Positions 25,077 through 37,600 of a DNA stretch of 64,000 nt are shown here, piece by piece; positions within the stretch are counted from its first letter, which is position 1; each line of letters opens with the position of its first letter. Below the pieces are notes generated by a model. It had not been told where the DNA came from and searched no databases. It worked only from the letters and a program-made list of their open reading frames with translations. This stretch comes from Chrysemys picta bellii. Lineage: Eukaryota. The position numbers were made by a program, and so were the translations under genes. The DNA lies in contig NC_088792.1 in NCBI RefSeq assembly GCF_011386835.1, positions 44,454,001 through 44,518,000 of the forward strand, in the 5' to 3' direction.

Positions 25077-25345
25077 GGACTTGTTTACATGCGGAAAAAG
25101 GCCACAGTAGGTAATGTGAGGGAGGTACTCTGCACTAACTCCCCATGTGGACACGCTTACTGACCATTGAGAGTGCCTTTGTGTGCAGTGGTTTAGTGCA
25201 CTTTGGAAGCACATTAAGTTAAACTACTCAAGCACACTTGTAGCGTGCCGTAAGAACATTCACAGGACGGGGCAGTAAGTTAGGGTGTGAATTTAAAGCA
25301 TACTAGCAACTCTGGACTAACTTCCTCATATAGACAAACCCTTAG
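25077..25345. mobile_element. Harbinger-type MITE
   Basis: Termini GGACTTGTTTACA / TAGACAAACCC, degenerate GGCTTGTCTACA type. Confidence 0.6.
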
Positions 25346-25513
25346 TAAAAATATGTCTCACTTTAAATAAATGGAATCATTTTAGTTCATATACTAGTCA
25401 CGAAACAAATTTGATATCAATCTTTACAGAAAGGGCCCCCTACCCTCAGTCTCCCCATGAAGCAAAGTGTCTATTCCATGGTCTTACTTCATTTGGTGGT
25501 ACTATTTAGCCCG

Positions 25514-26284
25514 TGTGATGAAGTGGGAATTTTTTGTAATATTTTAATGAAGCCTATATGTGCCTATATGCTGCATTGTGACCTAGTGGGTGAAAAGGGA
25601 CTGTTTGTTCCTGGGGCAAGCTAAGACACGGGTGCAAAGGGTGACTCATTTTCTGGAGCCTTAGACCCCATATCAATGGAGCTCTTGAGAAGACAATGTC
25701 AAATCCAATTGCCTGGACCTGGACACCTAGGAATCAACAATCCAGAGAGAGCTATGGACTTCAAGCTGCATCTCTCCAGCTTGGAGACAAAGAACTGGGG
25801 TGAGGTGGAATTTAAGGGTCAGCTTTGGGAAGCAGTCGGGGGCACATCTAGGAGTCTGACATAGGAAATCAGACAGAGGGACAGACAGAGCTTGAATAAT
25901 GGGAGCTCACTGCAGCTTCACTGGGCTCTGGCTACCCAGAATGGACTGTTCTATAACCTTCATTTCTCTATGCTAACCGAAGTCTTCCTATGCTGTGTTC
26001 CAGTCAGCTAATAAACCCTACTGTTTCACAATGCTGGTGGAGTGTGACTGCAGGTGGTTGCGGAGGTGCATTGTTCCTTAAGATTGTACAAGTCTCCCTC
26101 AGGGGCCTGCCTCAGTGGGACTTGCTGAACGGCGCTCATGATGTGAAACAGGAGTGCTGAAGGCTCAGAGATCCAGTCTAAGGAGGCAATGAAGCTGCGC
26201 AGTTTACCCTGAAGAAAGAGTGGGGTCCTCCCAGAGACTGTTCCAAAGCTGGGGTTATAGCACTGATCCTGTGGATCTGTGACA
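25514..26284 (+). mobile_element. Solo LTR (771 bp)
   Basis: TGTGATG...GTGACA termini; flanks GCCCG/GCCCT; AATAAA at about 26010. Confidence 0.8.
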
Positions 26285-26441
26285 GCCCTTACTGAGTATA
26301 AAGATTATATGAAATCCTGCAGCTGTAGTTTTGTACTAAGAGGGACTACTTTGCAGTGGGAATTTTGCCTGAGTAAAAGACTACAGGATTTGGCCTTGTA
26401 TTCAGTACCCTGACACAAAGAACCCTGTACATAGAACCCTG

Positions 26442-26852
26442 CATAGGCGCTGACTACGTGGGTGCTTCGGGGCTGGAGCACCCAGGGGGAAAAAATGGTG
26501 GGTGCTGAGCACCTACTGGCAGTCGCCCTATCAGGGCTTCCCCCTCCCCCCAGCGCCTCCTGCCCGCCGGTGGCCCCGCCAATCAGCGCTTCTCCCTCCC
26601 TCCCTGCACCTCCCACCCACCGCAATCAGCTGTTTTGCGGCATGCAGGAGGCTGGGAGGAAGTGGGGAGGAGTGAGGATGCGGTGCGCTTGGAGGAGGGA
26701 GGCGGAATGGGGCAGGAAGAGGGGGGCAGGGGTGGAGCGGGGTTGGAAAGAGGTGGGGTGCGGCCTTCAGGGAAAGGGTGGAGGGGGTGCGGGGTTTGGG
26801 GCAAAGCCAGGGGTTGAGCACCCTCTGGCACAATGAAAAGTTGGCGTCTGTG
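26442..26852. mobile_element. Non-autonomous hAT element
   Basis: CATAGGCGC / GGCGTCTGTG termini; perfect TSD GAACCCTG (26434-26441, 26853-26860). Confidence 0.88.
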
Positions 26853-28211
26853 GAACCCTGTTCCCTAAAACAAGGGGCAATGAAGTACACACTATATTTG
26901 TATTTGATAAATCAGAGCTACTGGACTTTTGTTACTTGGCTCTCATTGATGAAGTTTATACTCTAGCCCAGAGATAATTTTCTAGGAGTTTTGCAGTGAC
27001 AGGTAGAAAGGGGAATTCCTGAAACTGCACCTATATTTGCAGAGCTCTTAACAGTAATTTCCTGAAGTTACAAGCCACACAAGCAATTGGTCTATCTTGG
27101 AAATATTTCTGTTCTCTGTTAGTCTGAAATAACTCTGTTGACACAGGTGTTACTGAAGGCAGAATTTGCCCCTAGACGGCAAGTTTGTAAGATTTCTACT
27201 TATTCATTACTTTTTTATTTTCAGCTTTTCTTCTCCCCACAGCCAGCCACTTTACTCTTGGAGTGTGAGAGGGTTGAATTTTAAGGATAATCTTGTCTGT
27301 GTTTTTACTTAGCCGAAAGGACATTGCGCTAGGACTGTGACCTTTGCACTTTCTTCAGTCAATAATTTCTTAACATTAATTTGAAACAACTTTAAATAGA
27401 CCCTCTATGGACCCCCACCTATCAGTTAAAAGGGGAAAGAAAACTTCTTAATTGCACCAATGGTACATATAGCTTAATACACCTTGAGGTATGAAGTTTG
27501 CACCAGTGACTAGTGGATGTAGTTAGCAGGTGGATAACACTGGTGTTAGACTAGACATAAGGAATCTGGCTGGGCCAGTCACTGGTACATTTGTCTCGTT
27601 TATCATTCCACCATCAGTCCTACACTTTTTTAGGAATCAAGTACATGCTACGTACTTTTTTCTTTATGGTGGTTGTACTGGAGTAAAATTACTTCCATAT
27701 TGTGAAGGTTTTAGAAAGTGTCAGATAATGATTGTTTGTTTGTTCTGGCCTGGTTGATAGTACCCATTTGAAATTTCAATTAGTCATTTAATGATTACAG
27801 TTACCCATTTGTATGTGTTTATCTTGTCACTGAAACAGTGGTGAGAAGACAGAAGAGTTGGTGAGCAAGTCTGTTCCTATTAAAACCTATTATTCATTCT
27901 TTTCTTCCCCCTCCCACTGCAAAGAGGTCTGGTGGTTTCTCTAGTCACCCCAATTCTAGCACAAAGTCATCATTCACCATCTGCTCCCTGTTTATCAGCA
28001 GCATGGTCACTCACAGGTGACTTGGTGGCTAAGCATAAATCTATAGAACACTTACAGTCCTTCTGCGTTACAGGATCCCCAAAATGACTCTCAGAAATCA
28101 ATTATTTTAAGGATTTGCTTCATTGTCACTGCAATATGCACAGCATAACTGCTGCTGAGGAACAGTTGGTCATAGTGAACCCCAGGATTTTGGAAAGCAA
28201 AAGACCTCATC

Positions 28212-28217
28212 TTTATT
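28212..28217 (-). terminator. STEAP4: Candidate STEAP4 polyadenylation signal AATAAA
   Basis: TTTATT on plus strand about 880 nt past the stop codon; other AATAAA copies exist (e.g. 28911-28916), so usage is uncertain. Confidence 0.35.
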
Positions 28218-29093
28218 GAACTTATAACACAATAAAACAGCATATTACATCAGTCATTATAACTCATTACAAGCATAGACTAAACAAATTTGGCCACAAA
28301 TTCATATTAAGCAAAATGACTAATTGATTTAACTTGAGAATGCAGCATAATCACAGTCTCCATCGCTGGTCTCTCTTCATTTGCACTAGATGGAGAAGCA
28401 CACATCTGTAACCACCATAACCAAGGTCTGTCTTTTCCTGATACCACTTTCCTTACCAAATGATTTTTGGAAAGTCTCTTTCTTCCCCACTTCCCAGCAG
28501 CCTGATGCCTGAGTTTGCAGTAGTCCAGTGGGACCACTGGCCCAACCACTTCCAACAATAAAATTTCTGTACACAAACCAAACAAACCTTGGCCCGTTAT
28601 CTTTAAGGTATACATAGGGTGTAGCTATAGACCTCGACTGAAACAGAGGTTAATGGAGAGCAAGCAAAGCCATCAAAGAGCTGAGCTCCTCTTTGCCTAT
28701 GGTCCAGGCAGGGCCAGCCTAACAATTGGTGGTGCCCTATCCGGAGTGGGATTCCATACTAATAGAAGGAGGGAAATCAGGCAGAGTTTCTTCCCGCTGT
28801 CTTGATGCCAGGAGAGTGGGAAGGGGCAGACTAGCGGTGAGTTTATAGTATGAATGAGAGGGAGATGAAGCCAGCTCAAGGGTCACAGAGCATTCCCAGT
28901 GGCTTCTGGCTTTATTTGTGTTTAAGGTTGGCCCTGGGTCATTTTTTCTATCGATAAATTGCTCAGGCCTGGCAAAGTTTCCTCCTTTTTGCCTTTTCCT
29001 GCACATAAAACTGGGAAAGGACATTACTTTAATATAAAAGTTTAAATTTTTGAGACATTGCAATGATATACAGATTGGGTGTTTACTACGTGA

Positions 29094-29363
29094 TTATACT
29101 GCTGACTTGCTATCATTGTAGTATGATTGTTTTGAATCTTTGGAGTTCCTCTCCCAGCCCTGTCGAATTTGTGTGAGTGGTCGGTCTATACACGGGAATA
29201 TCAGAACAAATTTAATGACCAGGACAATGCAAGGAACAATGAGAGAAAGCATATATGCTGCAGGAAGATACCATCTATACATTGAAGGGTACAAGAATCT
29301 CTTCCCACCGTAGACCAGTGTATGTGCAGTGCACAAAATCAGTGTCACGTATCCCAGTTTGGA
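29094..29363 (-). CDS. STEAP4: STEAP4 last coding exon ([23 protein letters not shown]...KSAV*)
   Basis: Acceptor TTTTCTCTCCCAATAG, phase 0, heme-ligand His in TAHTL, TAA stop at 29096-29094; 270 nt. Confidence 0.97.
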   Translation of the reverse strand, partial: SKLGYVTLILCTAHTLVYGGKRFLYPSMYRWYLPAAYMLSLIVPCIVLVIKFVLIFPCIDRPLTQIRQGWERNSKDSKQSYYNDSKSAV

Positions 29364-31784
29364 CTATTGGGAGAGAAAAAAAGAGCATCGGTTAAGATTG
29401 TAAAATAAACTTTACAGTAAACACTATTTATAAACTATATAAACTATTGGGATATAACCAAAATTGGAAATGAACTGAGACTGTTTAGGTGAAATTGTTT
29501 TATATTCTTAACCAAAGCTTTTTACTTCTCAAAATGTTTGCTTGGCAATTCTGATAATTTTTACCAGGTCACACCTACGTCCATCTGGTTGTAATTTTCA
29601 TGAAAATTGGTGAAAATTAATCCAGAAGCCCTAGCTCTTTAGAGGCCATAGTGATAGTCCAACAAGAGTTTTCATATAATTTGGGTTTCTTCAATACACC
29701 AAAGCTTTCTTGACAGTAGACTCCCCACCCCCAGCCCCCGTAGCCCAGAATGGGTGCATTGAAGCCAACCAGTGGCTGCAATGCTTCCTATGAACCAAGT
29801 GCTAACAGTTATCAGTGTTGCACTGTCACCAGGGTTGTACTCTTTATACCCACATGATATTATGTGCCATGGGTTTACCAGTTTTGCTTGCACATGAGCT
29901 GGACCTTAGAACAGGTGACTCACTAGAGGAAAGGCAGGCTCCCTATAGGTGTCCAACATGGAGTGGGGAGGCAGGATTTGTAGCAGCAGGGATGGCTGCT
30001 AATGCAGCCAAACAAGCTGTGACATGCCCCACTGGCTCTCTGATATCTGGTGAGGTAGGACTAGCAGTGTGGATGGCCCACATCTTTGGGACTAGCAGTG
30101 TCAGGACGAGTGAGCAGTAGGGGTAGATAATGCGGTCAAGTGCCGGATGAGTGCCATTGACAGACTTACAGAATTCAAACACAGAGAGCGGGAAAGGGTC
30201 AAAGATGGAGTAGAGGCATAAAGGGGCTGAAGAGGAGGAAGAGGAGGCAGAAAGAACAAGTGCACATGAGCAGAGGCAATTTCAGCCTGGCTAAGGTTGG
30301 CACTTGATGGCATTATACAAAATAAAATGTTGATACTTTGTGCTCAAAAAAGTTCTCCATCGCTGACCACCTCAGTGGACTAACCATTTTACAATTTATA
30401 TAATGAAACCGTTTTGTAGCCTTAAATTCTTTTCCATAAATGGAGCATAAACTTCTCATCTGACTAGGATGCTATAAAGGTGCAGGCAGTCGATGAGCAC
30501 CCCTTTGCAGCCCAGCGTGACGCTGCTGGAGTGCCCCACCTAGATTGCCCCCAGCAGAGCAGCAGTAGATTTCAGTTTAACAGCCCAGGCAAGAAGAAGC
30601 AAACATTTTTTTAAAACAAAATACCATATCCCCTTTTAAAAAGGCTTCAGCCCAGGAACCATTACAACCAATAGCTCGTCAGGCCCTGGTTCAAGCTGCC
30701 CAAATTCCACACCCCAAGTCTCTGAATCAGTTCCAAGTCTCTCTCCTAGTGCCTATAAGAGCAACTGTCATTCACTTCAGCCTACCTGACACCCTGTGCT
30801 TCCTGTTCCTTTTATAAAACTCAACCCTGCCAGGGCCTCTTTGATTATTCCCAGGCTTTCGGCTCCAGCCTGTCCCCTTAAAGGAACAGTACCTTTTAAT
30901 CACACACTGCATTCCTTTACAGATGTACACTAGCACCAGTACTACTACAAATATGTAAGTCTGGATTTTCAAACCCCGGGACCTATGATGTCCAATTGCT
31001 GTGTTTGAAAATGAGGTAAATGCGGCAATGAAATATGAGCTAACTCTCTCATCCTCACCCATATGAACATATTTTTGGCTAATACTTCTGATTTTCAGCC
31101 AATCTCTTGTTCTGGGGGATGGGGCATGTTTTGCACAATTCCTTTTAAGAGATGCTTATGGTCTCACAAAGATGAGGAGGGAAGGCTGTGTTGCTTATAT
31201 GGAGAGTCTAAAGAAAAGCTACCTCCTGCCAGACAGAGTGCATCATTTTATGACAATCACTTAGAAAATCACCACATTTTTCCAGTGTTGCGAGGAGGAA
31301 ATGGATTGTTAATATTGACTTTTCATTTACGAAACGTCAAAAAGTGGCAGTATAGTTGCTTGTATGTTGTCTGAATATTGTTGGCACTTCACAGTGACAA
31401 TAACTGTCAATTTATTTAACACAGTGAATTTCCAGACTAATGCTAACTGAAATTTCAACCTGGAGTAAATACTTTGAGTCAAAATAATTAGTGAAAGAAC
31501 ATGGGTTTTTAATCAGTGGCTGAATATTTCAGGGGTTTACTCAATGTAACTGATCACTCTGTTTTGTACAACCATCTTCTGAAAGCAACAAATTTGTCAT
31601 TGCAACTTCTCATTTGTTGTTTGGAAGTTCAGGGTTTTTTTTTTACTTTATATAAGTGGTGACCGCAGTGCCACCATCATGAGCTACCAGGGAAACATGA
31701 AAGTTGACAGAAGAGTGCAGGGAATATAGCAGAGAGAAAGGACATGAACTCAGTTTTTTAGTTGAAAGAAGGTATATTTCTCAC

Positions 31785-31949
31785 CTGTACAAATCGAAAT
31801 TCTCTCCAGTTGACGCTGTTGCTGACAGAGGGCAAGGAAGTTATTCCCAGCAAGACAAACAGAAAAAATCCCAGGATGCCTAAAGCCACGTAAGAGTCAC
31901 TAATCCAGCCATTAGTGTTGTTAAATGGATCTGTTCTGTTGTCCTTTAT
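31785..31949 (-). CDS. STEAP4: STEAP4 coding exon 3 of 4 (IKDNRTDPF...NWREFRFVQ)
   Basis: Acceptor TTTTTCTTCAG, donor CAG/GTGA, 165 nt, 55 aa, below the ORF-track cutoff; typical [27 protein letters not shown]. Confidence 0.96.
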
Positions 31950-32195
31950 CTGAAGAAAAATATCACATATACTTTAATAGTGCAGTAGCTGCATCTCCAA
32001 TGGACAGAAAAATGCCCTTTAACATGAGGTTTCCTTTAAGGTGAACTGAAAAGGTTTTTGTAAATAGATTAAAACAATCTGAAACAGCAGACCAGCTTGT
32101 CTCCTGAACAGAGCGGGGTGTTCTGAACTGCCAGCATGCCGGGCCTTCCATAGCATGTGCCACTCAGAGGCAGCAGATACAGTGTTGCATTCAGC

Positions 32196-32439
32196 CACGG
32201 CCGGCGCTTCCATTTAGGCGACCTAGGCGGTCGCCTCGGGCAACAGGATTTGGGAGGTGGCATTTTGCCGCCCTTGGCTGCAATTCTGCGGCGGGGAGTC
32301 CTTCCGCGCTCCGGGTCTTCGGCGGCAGTTCTGCGGCGGGTCCTTCACTCGCTCCAGGACCCACCGCCGAAGTGTCCCGAAGACCGAGAGCGCGGAAGGA
32401 CCCCCGCCTAGGGCGGCAAAAACCCTGGCGCTGCTCCTG
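32196..32439. mobile_element. hAT MITE in STEAP4 intron
   Basis: CACGGCCGGCGC / GCGCTGCTCCTG termini; TSD CATTCAGC/CATACAGC; same family as 52933-53200 in opposite orientation. Confidence 0.85.
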
Positions 32440-32867
32440 CATACAGCCTTAGTGTAGCATTAATAAAGCTTTGTAATGTGAGCATACATTTTGATGACTG
32501 CGGGGATGTGGTTATTTTTAAAAATAAGGCCTGGCTTTCTGCATGTCAGTAAATGTGCCACTCTCAAAGAGATATGCAGAAATATGGAACATGTACCTCA
32601 AAATTATTTATAATTAATATTTTTCTGCACCTGTTGTTAACCACTACACTAGCCAGAAGGAAGATTGAGATCAGAAGTCCCCCATTTAACCACAGCACCA
32701 GTGATCTTTGGAAATACAGATGTCTAGAGGAAACACCAACCATACAAAGAAATTCAATAGCATAAAATCAATACAAATATGACTTTTGACATGAAATTCT
32801 GAAACTCAACCTACAAAACAGTAGCATACATAAGTGGGGTTGGGGGGAGCAATGAACAGAAACTTAC

Positions 32868-33395
32868 CTGAGATATGACGTAACCATTTAATCTCCATCT
32901 TACATAATAGCGAATAGGGATAACAAGCGTATACAAAACATGTAGAAAAGCAAAAACCAAGGCTACTAATCCAAGCTGTTTCCTACAAAGCATCCATTTG
33001 TCCAGCCAGTCTGGGAAACGACTGTATTTTGTACCTCTGTGTAACTGGAGAATTGCAGCAATTATGCCGGGAAGGTAAACCAAAGCAAGAAGGATGAGTG
33101 CCACTATGGGGCAGACTCGATTTGGAATGCTAATTGCAATAAAAAATGATAAGTCTTTGTTTTCATGTATGTAGGGGTAGATTACATCACGAATCAAACT
33201 GTAGAAGAAAAAAAATGCACTTAGGCCAATAGCCAAGTAGATGGGAAACTTCCACATTGGAAAGAGTTGCAGTGGGTAATTTTCTATCTCTTTGGCTGCC
33301 AAGAGAGAGCCTTGATCCAATGGTGTAAGACCAAGAGTCCGAACAATATCCATCACCATTTGTTTGGCTTTGTTGTCATCTCCACAGACAAACAC
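32868..33395 (-). CDS. STEAP4: STEAP4 coding exon 2 of 4 (VFVCGDD...GYVISQ)
   Basis: Acceptor TGCAG, donor CAG/GTAAG, 528 nt; [30 protein letters not shown] and FLHVLY motifs. Confidence 0.98.
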
Positions 33396-35248
33396 CTGCA
33401 ACAAAAAGAATGGGCTTTATTTTGATAAATCTTTGGGACAGTCTTTACTATTGACCTGTATGGGTATAAAATAAGACCTTAAAGTTGATTGTATTTCCAA
33501 ACTTTCTAGAAATCATTGGCTTTCTTGCCAGTCTTTGATGCAAGGGTCAAACAATAACATGCTCCGCTACTGAGAATCAGAATCAGAAGTAAAACCTTTT
33601 CATTGGGGAGGTGGAAGGTTTAAAGTGAAACAATCATATATATGAAAATAGCACAATATAATACATTTAATGATATTTAGCGCGAACTGTTGGATTTTAG
33701 CACACGCTTTGGAAGACAACTCTGTCAAGCAATTTATAAACACAATTGCATCTTACTGGTAAAGGGTTCTCGGGGATTTTATATAAATGGTCACAATTTT
33801 CCATTTTTGCACCACACATATAAAGCAGTGATTCCCAAGGGTCCCAGAGCAATCAGGATACAGGTAATAGGAATATAGATCACCTGTCATTAAAATAAAT
33901 ATTTCTCTTCAAGGATTCTGAGAACAATGTAGAGGGAGCCTCTCTCATATGGGTATGCAGGGTAATAGAAAAGTGTACCCTCACCAGCCAATTACCATGT
34001 GCACAGGGCAGCCAGAAGGATGGTGGGAGGAAGGAGGGTGTTTTGGGAAAGACGATACTCATCTTGGAGTCTGGAGAAAAAAAGCAACCTGTTCTCATTC
34101 AGACCCACAATAATGGGGATTTTTGGAGCTTCTGACCATAGTGCAGCCTGAAGGGAGCTATATCTGTGCAGAGATCAGCCTGGACAGGAGTACAAGGCAC
34201 CAGATCCTTGGCTTTGCCCTGGCAGCACAAAGCAGGTTTAATGATGGCTTAAGTGACCAGTTGAGACAGCACACGGCGTAAGGGAACTCTGATGGTTCCT
34301 GGCTGCCAGAGCAGTCCCTTGGGGACAGTTGCACCTGGAGCAGCTTAAAGTAACCCCTGAAGTTGCAATAAGCTGTTTCTCAGGCCTAGCCCAGCACACA
34401 GTGGACCAAGGGTCAGAGAACCATGAAGACGGCTAACAAACTTCATAGTTCCTCCAGCCATCCCAAGCTGCCTAAGTATCAAAATCTCCATGCCCTTCTT
34501 GCTCCCTGCCCATCCCCACAACACTTCTGAACTCTGGATAAGTCCAATCTTGCTTCTGAACTCTGTGGGAAGGGACATATCTGCTTCCACGCTTATCCAC
34601 TACCTGAAAGTAGCCCCAATGGAAGTGTGATTTACACAACTTGATATTTCTTCTCCACCCTACATTCCTTTCTGTCTCAGTTCTCCTCCTGCTTTGTCCA
34701 AGTTCCCTCATTATGCTTCTTCCTCTTTTCTTTCCCTCTTCTCTTGATCCTTTGGCTCTTTCTTCTCAATTCCTTTCCTTAGTCTTTCCTATCTTCAGCT
34801 TCCTACAACCCTCATTTCATCCTGGTGGTCTCCCTCTTTTTGAAGTTGCTCTTGCTTACTTTTGTAACTTACAAACATTTTTAGATGATTTTAAAATCCT
34901 CCCAACACTGTAGATGCATAACAGCAGTTCCCTTCTCTGATCTCTGTTAACATCTTCCTGCAGTTTGGGGGTGAGGGACAGGTGCTTAACGATCAAAAGG
35001 CAGGGAAAATCAATGTTTTTTAAATGTTGGGGATAGAGATTTATTTCTAGGCTAAGATCAAACAATCATATTTGAGCATGAAAGGATTTTTTTTAGCTTA
35101 GTTATTTGACTGAACACAGGGGATCATAATGAAAGTTGCATCTGAACCTTGTCTGATATTTTTCTCCTTATTTACATGTATTTTGCTGTACTGTTCAGAA
35201 ATTGCCATATGATATAATTTACAAGAAGCTCTTGTTCTTTCATCTTAC

Positions 35249-35704
35249 CTGTCTGCTTGCATCCAACGTGCCTGACTGCAAGGCCCATGCTGACACGGTG
35301 TTAAATGCTTTCACTACCTTAGCGCCTGGCACCAGTTGAGCAAGGTATTCAGCATTGGATTCAGGATATTGGTTTATTTTGAGGTTGTTGCTTACATCCA
35401 CCAATACTTTTCCATGGAGAACTTCAGTTAACTCTGTGAGGAAGTTGTAATGTTGTCTCTGAATTGCTACAATAATAATGTCAGCCTTCTGCGCAGCTTC
35501 TCCATGTCTCAGCACCTCTGTGCCTTTGGGAATCAGACTGGAAGTCTGTGCATTTCGGCTTCCGAACACTATTGAGTAGCCACACTGGAGCATTTTATAC
35601 CCCAGAGATCTTCCAAAATCTCCTGTTCCAAAAATACACACAGTCTCTTTTTTATTAGGAGAGTTTTCAGCAAGAGGGATCATGTTGGAAGAATTTTTCT
35701 CCAT
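35249..35704 (-). CDS. STEAP4: STEAP4 coding exon 1 of 4 (F420-dependent NADP oxidoreductase-like domain)
   Basis: ATG at 35704 two bases after acceptor TTAG; GTGDFG Rossmann motif, [24 protein letters not shown]; donor CAG/GTAAG; 456 nt. Confidence 0.98.
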
Positions 35705-36329
35705 ATCTAAAAAACAGTAATAGGGAAAAACAAAACAGGAATACTTTGAAAAGGACAAACTAGCATGGTGCTTTGATTATACCAAAATGTATATTAACAT
35801 TCTCTTTGTTTCTTGGACCATTTAGCAGGAAAGTCTAACAATTAACACACATTGTCAGAGGGCTTACTGTGCCGTTTTATCAAGAAAAGTAAAGTTAATT
35901 TCTCTCCATGGGCTTATAGCGCCCTACCTTTCCCTCAGCTGATAGATGCAGACCCTAGATGTGGAAGAACTGTTTCAGTTCTCTTCTCTGAGGGGAAAAG
36001 GGGGAGAAGGGGCAGGATATATAGAGAAGAAGGAATAGTATTTGCCCCATGTTTCTGGGTCATTTCTGCTTACTTTGTTGACAGAAATAAGTTAAAGGGG
36101 AACTTACCAAGAGAAATCAGAACCTGGAGGCTCTTTGCAGGAAAACTCAAAGAAAAGACATCACAAAAGGAGCAAGCTGGGAACTCACCTGCCCTACTCA
36201 GTGTTTTATTGTTATTGCTCTTCAATGCCAATGTGTTTTATTAGGAAAGAACCCCAGGAGAAGGGACTACTGAGGTACTGGGCTACTAGAGTGTATTTCC
36301 TTTACTTATAATGATTCTATTATAAGCAA

Positions 36330-36690
36330 TGTATAACTATTGATCTAGTAGGTACTTATATGACCTACTTCACTGTAATATCTAAGTGCCTCACAATCTT
36401 TTTTATCTTTATTTTTTATTTGCATTGTGGTATCACCTAGGATCCCTAGTGACCAGGACCCTACTGAGTTAGATGTTGTACAAATACAGGACAAAAAGAC
36501 AGTCCTTGCCCCAAAGAGCTTACGGTCTATGTATCCTCTCAACACCCCTGTGAGATAGGAAAGGATTATTATTCTCATTTTACTGATGGTGGACTGAGGC
36601 GCAGAGAGACAAAGTGAATTGCCCAAGGTCATGCAAGAAGTCTATGGCAGTGCAGGGAATTGACGCCAGGTCTCCTGAGTCCCTGGTAGA
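36330..36690 (-). mobile_element. MIR-like SINE with a nested repeat
   Basis: CATTTTACTGATGG..ACTGAGGC..GTGAATTGCCCAAGGTCATGCA (reverse CORE pattern). Confidence 0.65.
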
Positions 36691-36883
36691 GTCCTAACAC
36701 ACCACCGTCCTTTCTCTATGAATCTATACATACTATACAAAGGAAACCTATTCAAAGGGACCCATAAGTAGAAAGTTCTAAGAAGCTACTATTTGTATGC
36801 TCTGTCATGTGATACTACATTGTGCTTCCTTTGGACATGTTTAAAAATCACTCTATGCTGGGTATGCTGATGTCCTGGGAGAC

Positions 36884-37600
36884 TGTGATGGGGTGTGTAC
36901 CCCACAGGCCCTGAAAGGGTTAATGTGAGCCTGAGAGGTCAGTTGTGGTACCTGGCTGCACTTGGAAGGAGAGCCAGGCTTAATGGATCATGAAGCCCAG
37001 CTGGACAGGAGCAGGCTGGTTAGCATAAAGCCAGGAAGATGAGAGCAGAAGAGGGCTAAAGGGGGGGGGAGTCTTCAGTCACTCTCTGGGTACAGAGAGG
37101 TGGTGAAGAGGAAACCCACGGGGGAGAATAAGCCCTTAATCCTAGCCCTGGAAGAAAGGTCTACCCAGAGAAGTTACGAGGAAGAAAGCCTGAGAGAGGC
37201 TGGGTTGGAAGAAGCCCAGGGAAACAGCAGCAAGGAGTGGGACTGCACAGACCATGGCTGCTGGTTATACAGTTCCTCCCCCGGAACCCAGTGTAGAAGG
37301 AGGGCCTAGGTTCCCCTACCAGCCACTGGGAACATGGCATGGGACCTGGCGATGTGAAATGGAAGACTGTCTGAGGTGGCGTCTGGACAGCTTGTCTGAT
37401 GGGACTTCGTTACCTTGAAAGGGGAGGACTATATAGTGACCGGCTGGAGGGACAAGTCACCAAGAGGGAGTACCCTGAGTCACAGAGAGAAAGAGGGGCC
37501 ACAATATGAGCAACTGACAGAAGGGGTTACAAGACACGGTGAAAGCTAATTCCCAGATACCGCTAAGGAGGTGCAACTGTGATGAGTGAACCCCTTTACA
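36884..37600 (+). mobile_element. Solo LTR (717 bp)
   Basis: TGTGATGGGG...CCTTTACA termini; flanks GAGAC/TAGAC. Confidence 0.8.

Noticed and set aside
28117-28140. IRE-like hairpin UAUUG-CAGUGA-CAAUG on the STEAP4 strand
   Set aside because: The required bulged C is not at the canonical position (A is there), the lower stem is weak, and it lies beyond the nearest candidate poly(A) signal.
30130-30300. Charged frame (DRLTEFKHRERERVK..) reminiscent of a Gypsy gag N-terminus
   Set aside because: Purine-rich low complexity with stops; no adjoining LTR, PBS or pol sequence seen.
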